Of a stretch of 64,000 bases of DNA, positions 46,918 through 56,121 are shown piece after piece. A program made the translations under genes and the position numbers. Each line of letters begins with the position of its first letter. The first letter of the stretch is position 1. This stretch comes from Candidatus Latescibacterota bacterium (GTDB lineage Bacteria > Latescibacterota > UBA2968 > GCA-2709665). Below the pieces are notes generated by a model. It did no database searches. It was not told the origin of the DNA and worked only from the letters and a program-made list of their open reading frames with translations. The stretch is from NCBI GenBank assembly GCA_963662665.2, contig CAXXJS010000049.1, positions 1 to 64,000 on the forward strand, read 5' to 3'.

Positions 46918-48717
46918 ATGCAAAACGGCATTGCCGTGCTGGATTTCGGGGGGCAATACGCCCATCTGATCGCGAACCGAATCCGCCGGCTGCGGGTCTA
47001 TTCGGAAGTCTTCCTGCCCACTGTGGACACATCTGAATTAGACGGGTTTTCGGGCCTGATTCTGTCGGGGGGCCCCGCGAGTGTCTACGATCCGGATCAG
47101 CCGGCGTTCAATTCGGCACACCTGAGTTCCGGGCTGCCTGTACTCGGTCTCTGCTACGGGCATCAACTGGTCTGCCGGGAACTTGGCGGCGAGGTGGCCC
47201 GGGGGGACGTCCGCGAATACGGTTCGGCGGAACTGCGGATTCGTTCGAAGGCAGGGCTGTTCGCGGGCATGGCGTCGTCTCAGGTGGTGTGGATGAGCCA
47301 CGGCGACGTGGCCAGCCGTCTGCCGGAGGGGTTCGAGGTGCTGGGTTCGACGGAAGACTGCCCGACGGCCGCCGTGGGAGACGCGCGGCGCAACCTCTAC
47401 GGACTGCAATTCCACCCCGAGGTTGCGCATACTGCCCACGGAATGGAAATACTGGACAATTTCCTGAATATCTGCAAGGCGCCGCGTACCTGGACCATGG
47501 CCAATTACGCGGAAACCTCAATGGAACAGATTCAGGAGCAAGTGGGCCGGAAGCGCGTGTTTCTGCTGGTTTCGGGAGGCGTCGATTCGAGCGTGGCTTT
47601 CGCGCTGTTTAACCGGGCGCTTGGACCGGAGAGGGTGCTGGGGTTGCATATCAACAACGGGTTCATGCGCAAGGGAGAATCCGCCGGCGTAGCGGAAGCG
47701 CTCAGGGAAGAAGGATTCGAAAATCTCGTTGTAGAGGATGCCACGGAGAATTTCCTGCTTAGCGTGGAGGGTCTGGTGGAGCCGGAACAGAAACGGCTGG
47801 CCGTTGGCCGGGCGTTTATGGATGTTAAGGATCGCGTGCTGGCCCGGATGCACCTGGACTCGGACGGCTGGTTACTGGGGCAAGGCACGCTCTACCCGGA
47901 TACCATCGAGTCCGGGGGTACGGAACATTCGGCGGTAATCAAGACGCACCACAACCGGGTCGACGTGGTCGAGGAATTGATCGCACAGGGACTCGTAATC
48001 GAACCGCTGTCGCATTTGTACAAAGACGAAGTTCGCGAACTCGGGGTCGCCATGGGACTGCCGCCGCACCTGGTCTGGCGCCAGCCTTTTCCCGGACCCG
48101 GATTGTCTGTGCGCTGTCTCTGCTCCAGCGGCGACGGCGCGGACGCGCCGGACGCGGAGGCCGAGGAAGTCGCCCGCGATATAGCGGTCCGCGCCGGGCT
48201 TGGGCTCCGGGTGCTTCCGCTCCGGAGCGTAGGCGTCCAGGGGGACTTCCGCACCTACGCGTACCCGGCGGTTGTCTGGGGTGAGGCGGACTGGACGGAA
48301 TTGGAGGACGTTTCCACGCGAATTACGAATTCCGTACACGCGATCAACCGCGTGGTGTATCTGCTGGCGCCGTCATCGCTACCCGAGCTGAAGCTGAAAC
48401 GGGCATTCCTGACGCAGTCTCGTCTGGATCTGCTCAGAGACGTTGATGCGCTCGCGATGACGGCACTCGAGCGCGAGGGACTGTCGTCGAGGGTGTCCCA
48501 GATGCCCACCGTCCTTTTGCCGCTGACATCCGACGGTAACGCGGAAACCGTGGTTTTGAGGCCGGTGGAGACACCGGACTTCATGACGGCGCGGTTTTCC
48601 GAGTTGCCGTTTGATTTCGTGCACAAACTCGCAGGTGAGATTAGCTCGGAAGACGGCGTGGAGGCGGTGTTTTACGATGTGACGCACAAACCGCCGGGAA
48701 CGGTCGAGTGGGAGTAG
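46918..48717 (+). CDS. guaA: GMP synthase (glutamine-hydrolysing), long form
   Basis: LDFGGQY, GLCYGHQ, QFHPEV, SGGVDS, IKTHHN, PFPGPGL, KPPGTVEWE. Confidence 0.95.
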   Translation: MQNGIAVLDFGGQYAHLIANRIRRLRVYSEVFLPTVDTSELDGFSGLILSGGPASVYDPDQPAFNSAHLSSGLPVLGLCYGHQLVCRELGGEVARGDVREYGSAELRIRSKAGLFAGMASSQVVWMSHGDVASRLPEGFEVLGSTEDCPTAAVGDARRNLYGLQFHPEVAHTAHGMEILDNFLNICKAPRTWTMANYAETSMEQIQEQVGRKRVFLLVSGGVDSSVAFALFNRALGPERVLGLHINNGFMRKGESAGVAEALREEGFENLVVEDATENFLLSVEGLVEPEQKRLAVGRAFMDVKDRVLARMHLDSDGWLLGQGTLYPDTIESGGTEHSAVIKTHHNRVDVVEELIAQGLVIEPLSHLYKDEVRELGVAMGLPPHLVWRQPFPGPGLSVRCLCSSGDGADAPDAEAEEVARDIAVRAGLGLRVLPLRSVGVQGDFRTYAYPAVVWGEADWTELEDVSTRITNSVHAINRVVYLLAPSSLPELKLKRAFLTQSRLDLLRDVDALAMTALEREGLSSRVSQMPTVLLPLTSDGNAETVVLRPVETPDFMTARFSELPFDFVHKLAGEISSEDGVEAVFYDVTHKPPGTVEWE

Positions 48718-48862
48718 GTACAGGATGGCGAAGCATCGTCCGGCCGCGGCGTGACGGAGAACGGGCGGGACTGTGGGGGTGATTGTGAGTAGCCGGGGAA
48801 GAGACAGGAAATTGTATTGAATACGGTGAGGGGTACGAGGGAAGGGTTGGCATTGCAAACGG

Positions 48863-49552
48863 TCAGTCGGAGGCGACGGCCGTTTTTTCGTCCAGTGCAA
48901 GCCCGTCCAGCGCAAAGCGATCGATCGGGGCGGACTGATCGACAAGCCGGTGGCGGGCGGCGAAGGCTGCCTTGACCCTCGAACCGAGCAGTACGCAGAT
49001 GAAGAAAACAGCGCCCCCTGCCAGCATGAGGTTGGTGAGATTCAGCATGTTTCCGATCAGTACGAAAATCAGGTACCGCGGAAATCGCCCCAGAAACACG
49101 GCGACCACGTATCGATGCAGAGGATAACCGCTTGCGGGACTGAGGATCCGGAATATGTAGAACGGGATAAAGGGAACCAGCGCCGCGAACCAGATGGCAA
49201 AAAACGGCGCCTTTCGGAAATAATGGACTGCGCCCTTGTAGACGTCGCTCTCACGTGTCCGTCTGATCCTGGGGATCTGAAACGCGAATTTCATGGCCCG
49301 GTAATCGACGAAGCAGGCGATCATCGTGCCGGCGACGGCGGCGAACGCAACAACAACCGGATGGTAGGACCGGCCAAAGTAAACCAGCGCGGGTTCGTGA
49401 GGAAAAGGAACGAATGAATTGGCGGGAATGCTGTAGAAGAAAAGAAAAGAAAGGTTGCGGTAATCCGGCAGCAGGAGGGCCGCGATGCCGGCAACCGTGA
49501 ACAGGCCGGCCGAAGCCCCTAGAAACGCTTTCCAGCCCTTACTTATTTTCAT
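48863..49552 (-). CDS. VTT/DedA (SNARE-associated) family membrane protein
   Basis: PFPHEP, VPFIPFY, GRFPRY and hydrophobic helices. Confidence 0.7.
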   Translation of the reverse strand: MKISKGWKAFLGASAGLFTVAGIAALLLPDYRNLSFLFFYSIPANSFVPFPHEPALVYFGRSYHPVVVAFAAVAGTMIACFVDYRAMKFAFQIPRIRRTRESDVYKGAVHYFRKAPFFAIWFAALVPFIPFYIFRILSPASGYPLHRYVVAVFLGRFPRYLIFVLIGNMLNLTNLMLAGGAVFFICVLLGSRVKAAFAARHRLVDQSAPIDRFALDGLALDEKTAVASD

Positions 49553-49593
49553 ACCCGTCAGTCCCTTTTCTCGGTGGGAAGTCCTGCTGCGTC

Positions 49594-49622
49594 AATATAA
49601 GGGAATCTGTTAAAAGTGTCAA
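49594..49622 (-). promoter_or_regulatory. Sigma70 promoter for the VTT/DedA gene
   Basis: Minus strand TTGACA, 17 bp, TATATT about 40 nt before ATG 49552. Confidence 0.6.
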
Positions 49623-49696
49623 CTTGTTTTCAGTTCGCATTCTGAATGTCGCCGATGCGCAGTTCCTTTATCGACTCCGCAAAGGGCGGACGGTAC

Positions 49697-51049
49697 CTAA
49701 AACGTGCTCTCCGGCGTCGTTCCCGGGCACCAGCGGGCCGTGGTCAAGGCCGGGATGAGCGCATTCAATGCCGAGGGGGTTCCGATTCGTCTGAGGGCCT
49801 CGGCGGCGTTGCCCCGCGCGTAACGATTGCCGTCCGCCAGTCCGTTACAAAGCTCCGGGACGGCGGATTCGGCTGCCGGTCCCAGTTTGGCCAGAGCCAG
49901 TGCGGCAATGCGGCGCACGTCGCCGTCGGCGTCCTTCATTCGCCTCCTCAATCCTGAGATCACGGCGGGTTCCGCAAGGGTGATATTTCCAAGGGCTTCC
50001 GCCGACCATTGGCGGACCTCGGGGTCTTCGTGTTCCAGGGTGTCGACCAGATCCGGCACGGCCGCTTCGGCGCCTTTACCAATATCCGCCAGGATCTGGA
50101 CAGCCGTGACAGGATCGTTGTCGAGCCTTTCAATCATGCTGGGAACCGCTGGCGCCCCCATCGCGCTGAGGGCGTAGTGCGCGTTACGACGCACGGATTC
50201 AGTCGCTTCGTCCAGCACTCTGGTGAGGTCCGGAATCGCAGGAGCGCCGGCAGTGGCGAGGCGGTAGGCGGCGTTCAGTGCCGTGTTCTCGTTTGCGTGG
50301 TCAAGACACCCGGCAATCCCGGCCACCGGCGCGTTCACGCCGTTCGTGGACGCATGTCCCCGGTGCCAGTCCCACAGGTGGCCCCACAGCGGGGCGCGAT
50401 CTTCCGCGCGTTCCCAAGCATCCCGCATCCGGCTGGGGTGCGCGGAATGCTTCCAGCTCGGGGCATCCGGTTCCTGCATCCGCGCGAACAGGAACTTCAT
50501 CATATAGCGGGGTCCGTCGCTGGAATTCGCCATGGCCCGGTGCCAGAGGTCGTAGTGCACGATGGTGACGTCGCCCGCGTCACCGCAAAGCGGCAGTTCC
50601 TCGCTCTCTTCGGCGTTATAGGTGTTATTGTAATGGCTGCCGGGCACCACGCCGGTGGGGCCCAGGCGCAACGGCGTGGGCTGGGGGTAATAGAACGCCA
50701 TGGCCCATCGTGTATGGTGATGGCGCCGGTTCCAGCCGTCCATATGCATACGCTGTCCGGTGCTGCCCGGCGGGTTGCAGTGGCAGTGGCGGTGCGGATG
50801 CATGTAATAGTTGGCGCCAAGCAGACCGGTAAGTGCGCCGGCCACGTTCGCGTCGTCGAAGACCTGCCTGATTTCCGGCAGCCGTGGAAGAAGGTTATTA
50901 CCGGGGTTTCCCTCTTTCTCGAATATGGCATCGGTACGTTCGTAGACGTCCTGATGGAATTCCGGCGGAAGCGCCGTCCTGACGGTAATGAACCCGTTGA
51001 CGACGTAGAACCGCAACTGCTCGTCCGTGAGTAACTTGACCTCGCGCAT
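49697..51049 (-). CDS. PhyH-family dioxygenase fused to HEAT/PBS-lyase repeats
   Basis: HMDG, GPTGVVPGSH, HYDLWHR followed by repeats VRQWSAEALG, VRRIAALALA, ARGNAAEAL. Confidence 0.88.
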   Translation of the reverse strand: MREVKLLTDEQLRFYVVNGFITVRTALPPEFHQDVYERTDAIFEKEGNPGNNLLPRLPEIRQVFDDANVAGALTGLLGANYYMHPHRHCHCNPPGSTGQRMHMDGWNRRHHHTRWAMAFYYPQPTPLRLGPTGVVPGSHYNNTYNAEESEELPLCGDAGDVTIVHYDLWHRAMANSSDGPRYMMKFLFARMQEPDAPSWKHSAHPSRMRDAWERAEDRAPLWGHLWDWHRGHASTNGVNAPVAGIAGCLDHANENTALNAAYRLATAGAPAIPDLTRVLDEATESVRRNAHYALSAMGAPAVPSMIERLDNDPVTAVQILADIGKGAEAAVPDLVDTLEHEDPEVRQWSAEALGNITLAEPAVISGLRRRMKDADGDVRRIAALALAKLGPAAESAVPELCNGLADGNRYARGNAAEALRRIGTPSALNALIPALTTARWCPGTTPESTF

Positions 51050-51070
51050 GATAGAACCCCTTATTTCGCG

Positions 51071-52258
51071 TCACATCTGCCGGCGTCCGGGTTGTCGCGG
51101 GTGCGCCAGCAGGGCTTCCTCCACAACGTCCGTGCCCCAGCCCGGCCCGTCCGGGACGGCCATGCGCCCGTCGACGATACGTGGCGGATTCGTCACCAGG
51201 TCGTCTTTCCAGGGCACGTCGTCGACGTCGATTTCCATGATGCGCACGTTGGGAAGCACGGCGCAGAGACTGGCGCTGATGAACGTTGCCAGGTGGCTGT
51301 AGTAGTTATGTGGGGCCACATTCAACTGATAGACTTCAGCGAGGTTCCCGATTTTTTGTGCCTGGGAGAACCCGTTCCAGGGTACGTCGACCATGAACAC
51401 GTCGGCCGCCTGACGCTCAAAATAGGGAATATAGCCGCGCATGTGAAACAGATTCTCGCCTGTGCAGATGGGCGTGGAGGTGGACTCCTTGATCTGCAGG
51501 ATGGCTTCCGGGTTGTACATGTCAATTTCAAGCCAGAGCAGGTTGAAAGGTTCCAGGATTTTCGCGATTCGCCTGCAGGCTTCCGGCTTGAAGTTGAAAT
51601 TGAGGTCCAGGTTGATGTCGACGTCCGGCCCAACGGCTTCTCTCAGTGTTCCCACCAGAGCCTCGATATGGGCCAGCAGTCGTGTCGAGACGGTCTGGTC
51701 GGTCGTACCGGGTTTTCCGGCAAATCCAGGAAAGTAGACGGACCCGGGATTGCCAGGCATGAGGATGTTGGTCTTCAGCGCCGTGAAGCCCTTCTGCACG
51801 ACCTCCCGCCCCAGCGCCGCAACGTCATCCAGCGTGCGCAGCGGCGGCTTGCCGATGAGTTCGTGCGCCCGGATGCGGCTGGTGCCGCAGTGCGACCAGT
51901 AAACGCGGACGTCATCCCTCGTTGGACCGCCGAATAATTCGACTACCGAGATCCCGAGCGCCCGGGCCTTGATGTCCACCAGGGCCAGTTCAACGCCTGC
52001 CATGGCTTTGGCGGCCGCTCCGTCCGGACTCTGGCGGCTCCATCTCGCCATATCCTGGAAACGCATCTCGAACGGGCGCGGGTCCCGTCCGATCAGCACG
52101 CGTTTGAAGTCCTCCACGGCGCCGGCGACGCTTGCGGGCATTTTGTCGTCGCTGCATTCGCCCCAGCCGGCGATGCCGCTATCGGTTTCCACCTTGACGA
52201 ACAGCCAGGTACGCCAGCCGGCGTCGACGTGAAACGTCCGTATGTCGGTGATTCGCAT
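51071..52258 (-). CDS. Mandelate racemase/galactonate dehydratase-like enolase-superfamily protein
   Basis: FVKVETDSGIAGWGE, DIKARALG, ALK, ICTGEN, APHN, PGWG; ATG 52258. Confidence 0.9.
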   Translation of the reverse strand: MRITDIRTFHVDAGWRTWLFVKVETDSGIAGWGECSDDKMPASVAGAVEDFKRVLIGRDPRPFEMRFQDMARWSRQSPDGAAAKAMAGVELALVDIKARALGISVVELFGGPTRDDVRVYWSHCGTSRIRAHELIGKPPLRTLDDVAALGREVVQKGFTALKTNILMPGNPGSVYFPGFAGKPGTTDQTVSTRLLAHIEALVGTLREAVGPDVDINLDLNFNFKPEACRRIAKILEPFNLLWLEIDMYNPEAILQIKESTSTPICTGENLFHMRGYIPYFERQAADVFMVDVPWNGFSQAQKIGNLAEVYQLNVAPHNYYSHLATFISASLCAVLPNVRIMEIDVDDVPWKDDLVTNPPRIVDGRMAVPDGPGWGTDVVEEALLAHPRQPGRRQM

Positions 52259-52313
52259 TTTGCGTGCCTCTTTCGGGGATTCAGGGATTCCGGGCGGGCC
52301 TGGCATCACGGGA

Positions 52314-52350
52314 ATAAAGAAACAGGGGGCGTTGATCCGCCCCCCTGTTT
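52314..52350 (-). terminator. Intrinsic terminator of glnA
   Basis: aaacaggggggcg-gatcaa-cgccccctgttt followed by ctttatt on minus strand. Confidence 0.75.
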
Positions 52351-52381
52351 GCGTACTTCGTTTATTCTATTATGTATGGCC

Positions 52382-53800
52382 CTACGCGTCGAAATACAGC
52401 GCGAACTCGTAAGGATGCGGCCTGAGTCGCATCTCGTCGATTTCGTTCTTGCGCTTGTAGTCGATCCAGTGGTCGACCACGTCCTGGGTGAAAACGTTTC
52501 CCTTGAGGAGGAAATCGTGATCGGCTTCAAGGGCGTTGATGGCTTCTTCCAGCGATCCGGGCGTCTGGGGGACTCTGGCCAGTTCTTCCGGTTCCAGATC
52601 GTAGAGGTCCTTGTCCAGGGGCTCGCCCGGGTCGATCTTGTTCTCGATGCCATCAAGGCCGGCCATAAGCATGGCCGCGAAGGCCAGGTAGGGGTTGCAG
52701 GAGGGGTCCGGGCAGCGGAACTCGATCCGTTTGGCTTTGGGGCTGGGCGAATACATCGGGATCCGGACGCACGCACTGCGGTTGCGCTGGGAATAGGCCA
52801 GGTTGACCGGGGCTTCGTATCCGGGTACAAGCCGTTTGTATGAGTTGGTGGTAGGCGCGGCAAATGCCAGCAACGCGTGCGAGTGTTTGAGAATGCCGCC
52901 AATGTAGTGGAGCGCCATCTCGCTCAGCCCGGCGTAACTGGATCCTGCGAACAGTGGTTCACCGTTCTTCCACAGGCTCTGGTGCACGTGCATACCCGTA
53001 CCGTTGTCTTCAAAGAGCGGCTTGGCCATGAAGGTGGCTGTCTTGCCGTGTTTCCTTGCAGTGTTCTTGACAATGTATTTGTAGAGAATCAGCTTGTCGG
53101 CGCACGACAGCAGCGGCGCGAATCGGAAGTCGATCTCGCCCTGACCGCCGGTTGCCACCTCGTGATGGTGGGCCTCGACTTCGATTCCGCAGTTGAGCAT
53201 ATGCAGGACCATCTCACTCCGTATATCCTGAAGGCTGTCGGTTGGGGGCACCGGGAAGTACCCCTCCTTGTAACGGGGCTTGTAGCCCAGGTTCGGCTGC
53301 TCGTCGCGACCTGTATTCCAGCGGCCTTCGTCCGAATCGACGAAATAATAACCCGAATTGTTCGTCTGGTCGAAGCGGATATCGTCGAAGACGAAGAACT
53401 CCGCTTCGGGCCCGAAGGTGGCCGCGTCAGCGATGCCTGAAGATCTGAGGTAATTCTCGGACTTTTTCGCCACGGTTCTGGGGTCGCGGGTGTAGAGATC
53501 TCTCGTGATCGGGTCTTCGATTTCGCAAAACAAAACGAGCGTGGGAACATCCAGGAAGGGATCTACGAAGGCCGTATCGGCATCGGGCATCACGAGCAGG
53601 TCGCTTTCGTCGATGGATTGCCAGCCACGCATGCTGGAACCGTCGAAGCCGAGGCCGTCTTCGAACGTGTCTTCCTCGACTTCGACCGCGGGCACCGAAA
53701 AGTGTTGCCACAGCCCCGGATAGTCCGTAAACCGGAAATCCACGATTTGCACGTTGTTTTCCTTGATCATGTCAAGGACGTCCTGAGGTGTTCGGCCCAT
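52382..53800 (-). CDS. glnA: Glutamine synthetase type I (GSI-beta)
   Basis: [45 protein letters not shown], adenylylation-site DKDLYDL. Confidence 0.97.
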   Translation of the reverse strand: MGRTPQDVLDMIKENNVQIVDFRFTDYPGLWQHFSVPAVEVEEDTFEDGLGFDGSSMRGWQSIDESDLLVMPDADTAFVDPFLDVPTLVLFCEIEDPITRDLYTRDPRTVAKKSENYLRSSGIADAATFGPEAEFFVFDDIRFDQTNNSGYYFVDSDEGRWNTGRDEQPNLGYKPRYKEGYFPVPPTDSLQDIRSEMVLHMLNCGIEVEAHHHEVATGGQGEIDFRFAPLLSCADKLILYKYIVKNTARKHGKTATFMAKPLFEDNGTGMHVHQSLWKNGEPLFAGSSYAGLSEMALHYIGGILKHSHALLAFAAPTTNSYKRLVPGYEAPVNLAYSQRNRSACVRIPMYSPSPKAKRIEFRCPDPSCNPYLAFAAMLMAGLDGIENKIDPGEPLDKDLYDLEPEELARVPQTPGSLEEAINALEADHDFLLKGNVFTQDVVDHWIDYKRKNEIDEMRLRPHPYEFALYFDA

Positions 53801-53892
53801 TCTGCCGCTCCTTTCGCGTGTGGGAAGTTGTACGGTCTACTCCATATATATATCAGAACGAATCCGGAACGGCGAAAATATACGGGGCATAT

Positions 53893-53930
53893 GTTTCGTT
53901 TAAATTGCAAATATGTTAAATACATGTTAA
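53893..53930 (-). promoter_or_regulatory. Four-site 11-bp-phased direct-repeat box upstream of glnA (GlnR-box-like)
   Basis: Minus strand TTAAC-n6-TTAAC-n6-GCAAT-n6-GAAAC in an AT-rich island. Confidence 0.55.
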
Positions 53931-54029
53931 TAGCGTTGGCAGCGCGTTATGCCGGGATAGGGCGGCCGGGCACCGCGGCGCCGGCGCGGAAATGGGGATT
54001 TCAGCCGATTCGGAGCTCCTGCAAAAGGC

Positions 54030-54058
54030 TTGACAATGACCTGGCATTCGTTTATCAT
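54030..54058 (+). promoter_or_regulatory. Sigma70 promoter, probably for hrcA-grpE-dnaJ
   Basis: TTGACA, 17 bp, TATCAT. Confidence 0.55.
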
Positions 54059-54211
54059 TTGTTGGAATATGGAGTTTGTCAGGCTGCGAGAGTTTTAACT
54101 GCCTCCTTCCATGCGGGCTGGTATTGCCGTCCGGCATGTTTAAACGCCACCTTTCATGTTTTCCTCTCTTCCCCGGAAGAAGCCGTCGAAAGGTCATATA
54201 CTTCACCTTAA

Positions 54212-54326
54212 CAGCCCGTTGAAAAAGTCCATCCGGGCTGCGTCCGGCCCTTGTGGCCGAATTATTGCGTTGCGCTCCCTTCCGGATTCGACGCAGTCGC
54301 GCGCCTTGTCTACGGCCACAATGACA
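54212..54326. repeat. Truncated MITE-like element with internal hairpin
   Basis: IS-end-like cagcccgttgaaaaagtcc after ttaa; inverted arms ttgtggccg (54251-54259) / cggccacaa (54313-54321); no matching right end. Confidence 0.4.
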
Positions 54327-54399
54327 AGTGTTCTGTCCCGGAAATAGATTGCCGGAATTCGGCAGATAAATGGTAACATATTTCCATCGAAGGGACACT
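54327..54399. mobile_element. Short (73 bp) copy of the 43277-43440 MITE family
   Basis: Identical first 20 bp, shared ttgcc.gaattcggc and aatggtaa..tattt, ends ggacact; lacks the central ~90 bp. Confidence 0.7.
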
Positions 54400-54417
54400 G
54401 AAGAAGGGGTGGGTTGT

Positions 54418-55449
54418 ATGTTGCTGTTACAGGAGCGGGAAGCAGCGATTCTGAATATTCTCATCGGTACGCACGTCAATACCGGGGGCCCCGTTGGATC
54501 GAGGGCAATCGCCAGGTCCGGGCTGGGTCTCAGTTCCGCCACCGTGCGCAACTCTATGGCCGACCTGGAGGAGAAGGGCCTGCTCACCCATCCGCATACG
54601 TCGGCCGGTCGCGTTCCCACGGATAAAGGATACCGCTATTACGTCGACAGAGTGATGCCCAGGCAGACTCTGGAGGAAGAGGAACGCGAGCAGATCCGCG
54701 AGCGGGTGCGGGCATACGTCCGTGAGGGCGATATCGAAGCATTGCTCGAGCAGATGTCGAGAATGATCGCCGATCTCTCGATGAATCTCGGAATGGTTCT
54801 ATCGCCGAGGTTCGAGCGGGGGGTCTTCGACCGCCTGGAAATGGTCCATCTGTCCGAGGGAAGGCTCCTGCTGGTGCTTGCAATCAAATCGGGGCTGGTG
54901 AAGACGATGGTAATGGAGGTGGACTCCGCCATTGCCCCCGGCGAACTGGATGATACGTCGCGGGCGGTAAACGAACGCCTTTCCGGTCTCAGCGTGGCGG
55001 AAATCAGAGATTCGGTTGCCGAACGGCTCCGTGAGGTCTCAAGCGGGTCTCCCAGACTCCTGCGCGTGCTGTGTGACAGCGCGCCAAGCCTCTTTCGCTT
55101 CCAAAGCGGTATGGATCTGCACTTCGGCGGGGCGGGCAATTTCATCATGCAGCCTGAATTCAACCGCAAGAAAAACGACCTGGCGGCCCTGATGGAATTG
55201 CTTGAAGCCCGGGAACCGATGATTACGATTCTGGACGAAAGAACCGAAAAAGACGGCATTTCCGTCACGATCGGCACCGAAAACGGACCGTCGCAACTCC
55301 GTGGCTGCAGCGTGCTTACTTCGAGATATCGGGTTGGCGCCATCTCGGGAGTTATCGGGCTGATCGGGCCCACTCGCATCCCGTACGCGAGGCTCATACC
55401 TCTCACCCGGTATATGGCGGCACTGGCCGAGGAAATGTTGGATCAATAG
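54418..55449 (+). CDS. hrcA: Heat-inducible transcription repressor HrcA
   Basis: PVGSR, SSATVRNSMADLEE, HPHTSAGRVPTDKGYRYYVD, IGPTRIPY. Confidence 0.95.
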   Translation: MLLLQEREAAILNILIGTHVNTGGPVGSRAIARSGLGLSSATVRNSMADLEEKGLLTHPHTSAGRVPTDKGYRYYVDRVMPRQTLEEEEREQIRERVRAYVREGDIEALLEQMSRMIADLSMNLGMVLSPRFERGVFDRLEMVHLSEGRLLLVLAIKSGLVKTMVMEVDSAIAPGELDDTSRAVNERLSGLSVAEIRDSVAERLREVSSGSPRLLRVLCDSAPSLFRFQSGMDLHFGGAGNFIMQPEFNRKKNDLAALMELLEAREPMITILDERTEKDGISVTIGTENGPSQLRGCSVLTSRYRVGAISGVIGLIGPTRIPYARLIPLTRYMAALAEEMLDQ

Positions 55450-55470
55450 CAGGAGGTTACACGGGCGCAT

Positions 55471-56064
55471 ATGGCGAAATCTAACGAAGTCAACGACGAA
55501 GAAACACAGGAGGAGACCGCCGAAGCGGAAGCTCCCGCGGAAGTGGAAACGCCGGATCCGCTGGCGGAAGCCCTCCGGGAGTCGGAAGAGCACCGGGATC
55601 GGTGGCTTCGGCTGGCAGCCGAATTCGACAACTACAAGAAACGGAGGTCGAGGGAATTCGATGCCCTGGTGCAATCGGCCAGCGAGAACCTGATACGAGA
55701 ATTGCTGCCTGTTCTCGATTCGGTCGCACGCGCGTTGGACCATCGCGCCGACGGCGAGGACGATTCAGAGGGGTACAAACAGGGCGTCGCCATGATAATG
55801 GAACAATTCCCGAAAGTCCTCGAGCGTCGAGGGCTTTCGGAGATCGAGGCCGCGGGCCGACCGTTCGACCCCAACTTTCACGAAGCGCTGATGCAGATGT
55901 CTTCAGATCAGCACGCCGAGGGGCTGGTAATGGCCGTCGTGGAACGGGGGTACCGTATGGGCGATAGAGTCATACGCCCGGCAAAGGTTGTCGTGAGCGG
56001 AGGGAGCGCGGAAGAGGAGCCCGCAAGCGAAGAAGAAGGCGAGGAAGAAAGTGAAGCGCGGTAA
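55471..56064 (+). CDS. grpE: Nucleotide exchange factor GrpE
   Basis: RLAAEFDNYKKR, LLPVLD, FDPNFHEA, GYRMGDRVIRPAKVVV. Confidence 0.96.
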   Translation: MAKSNEVNDEETQEETAEAEAPAEVETPDPLAEALRESEEHRDRWLRLAAEFDNYKKRRSREFDALVQSASENLIRELLPVLDSVARALDHRADGEDDSEGYKQGVAMIMEQFPKVLERRGLSEIEAAGRPFDPNFHEALMQMSSDQHAEGLVMAVVERGYRMGDRVIRPAKVVVSGGSAEEEPASEEEGEEESEAR

Positions 56065-56121
56065 CTCTGAGCAGGGCCGGAAATCGGCTCTGTTGTTTGT
56101 TTTGCCCGACAGGAACGGATA

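Noticed and set aside
54036-54100. CIRCE half-sites (ctggcattc, gagttttaa)
   Set aside because: No complementary half at the required 9-nt spacing.
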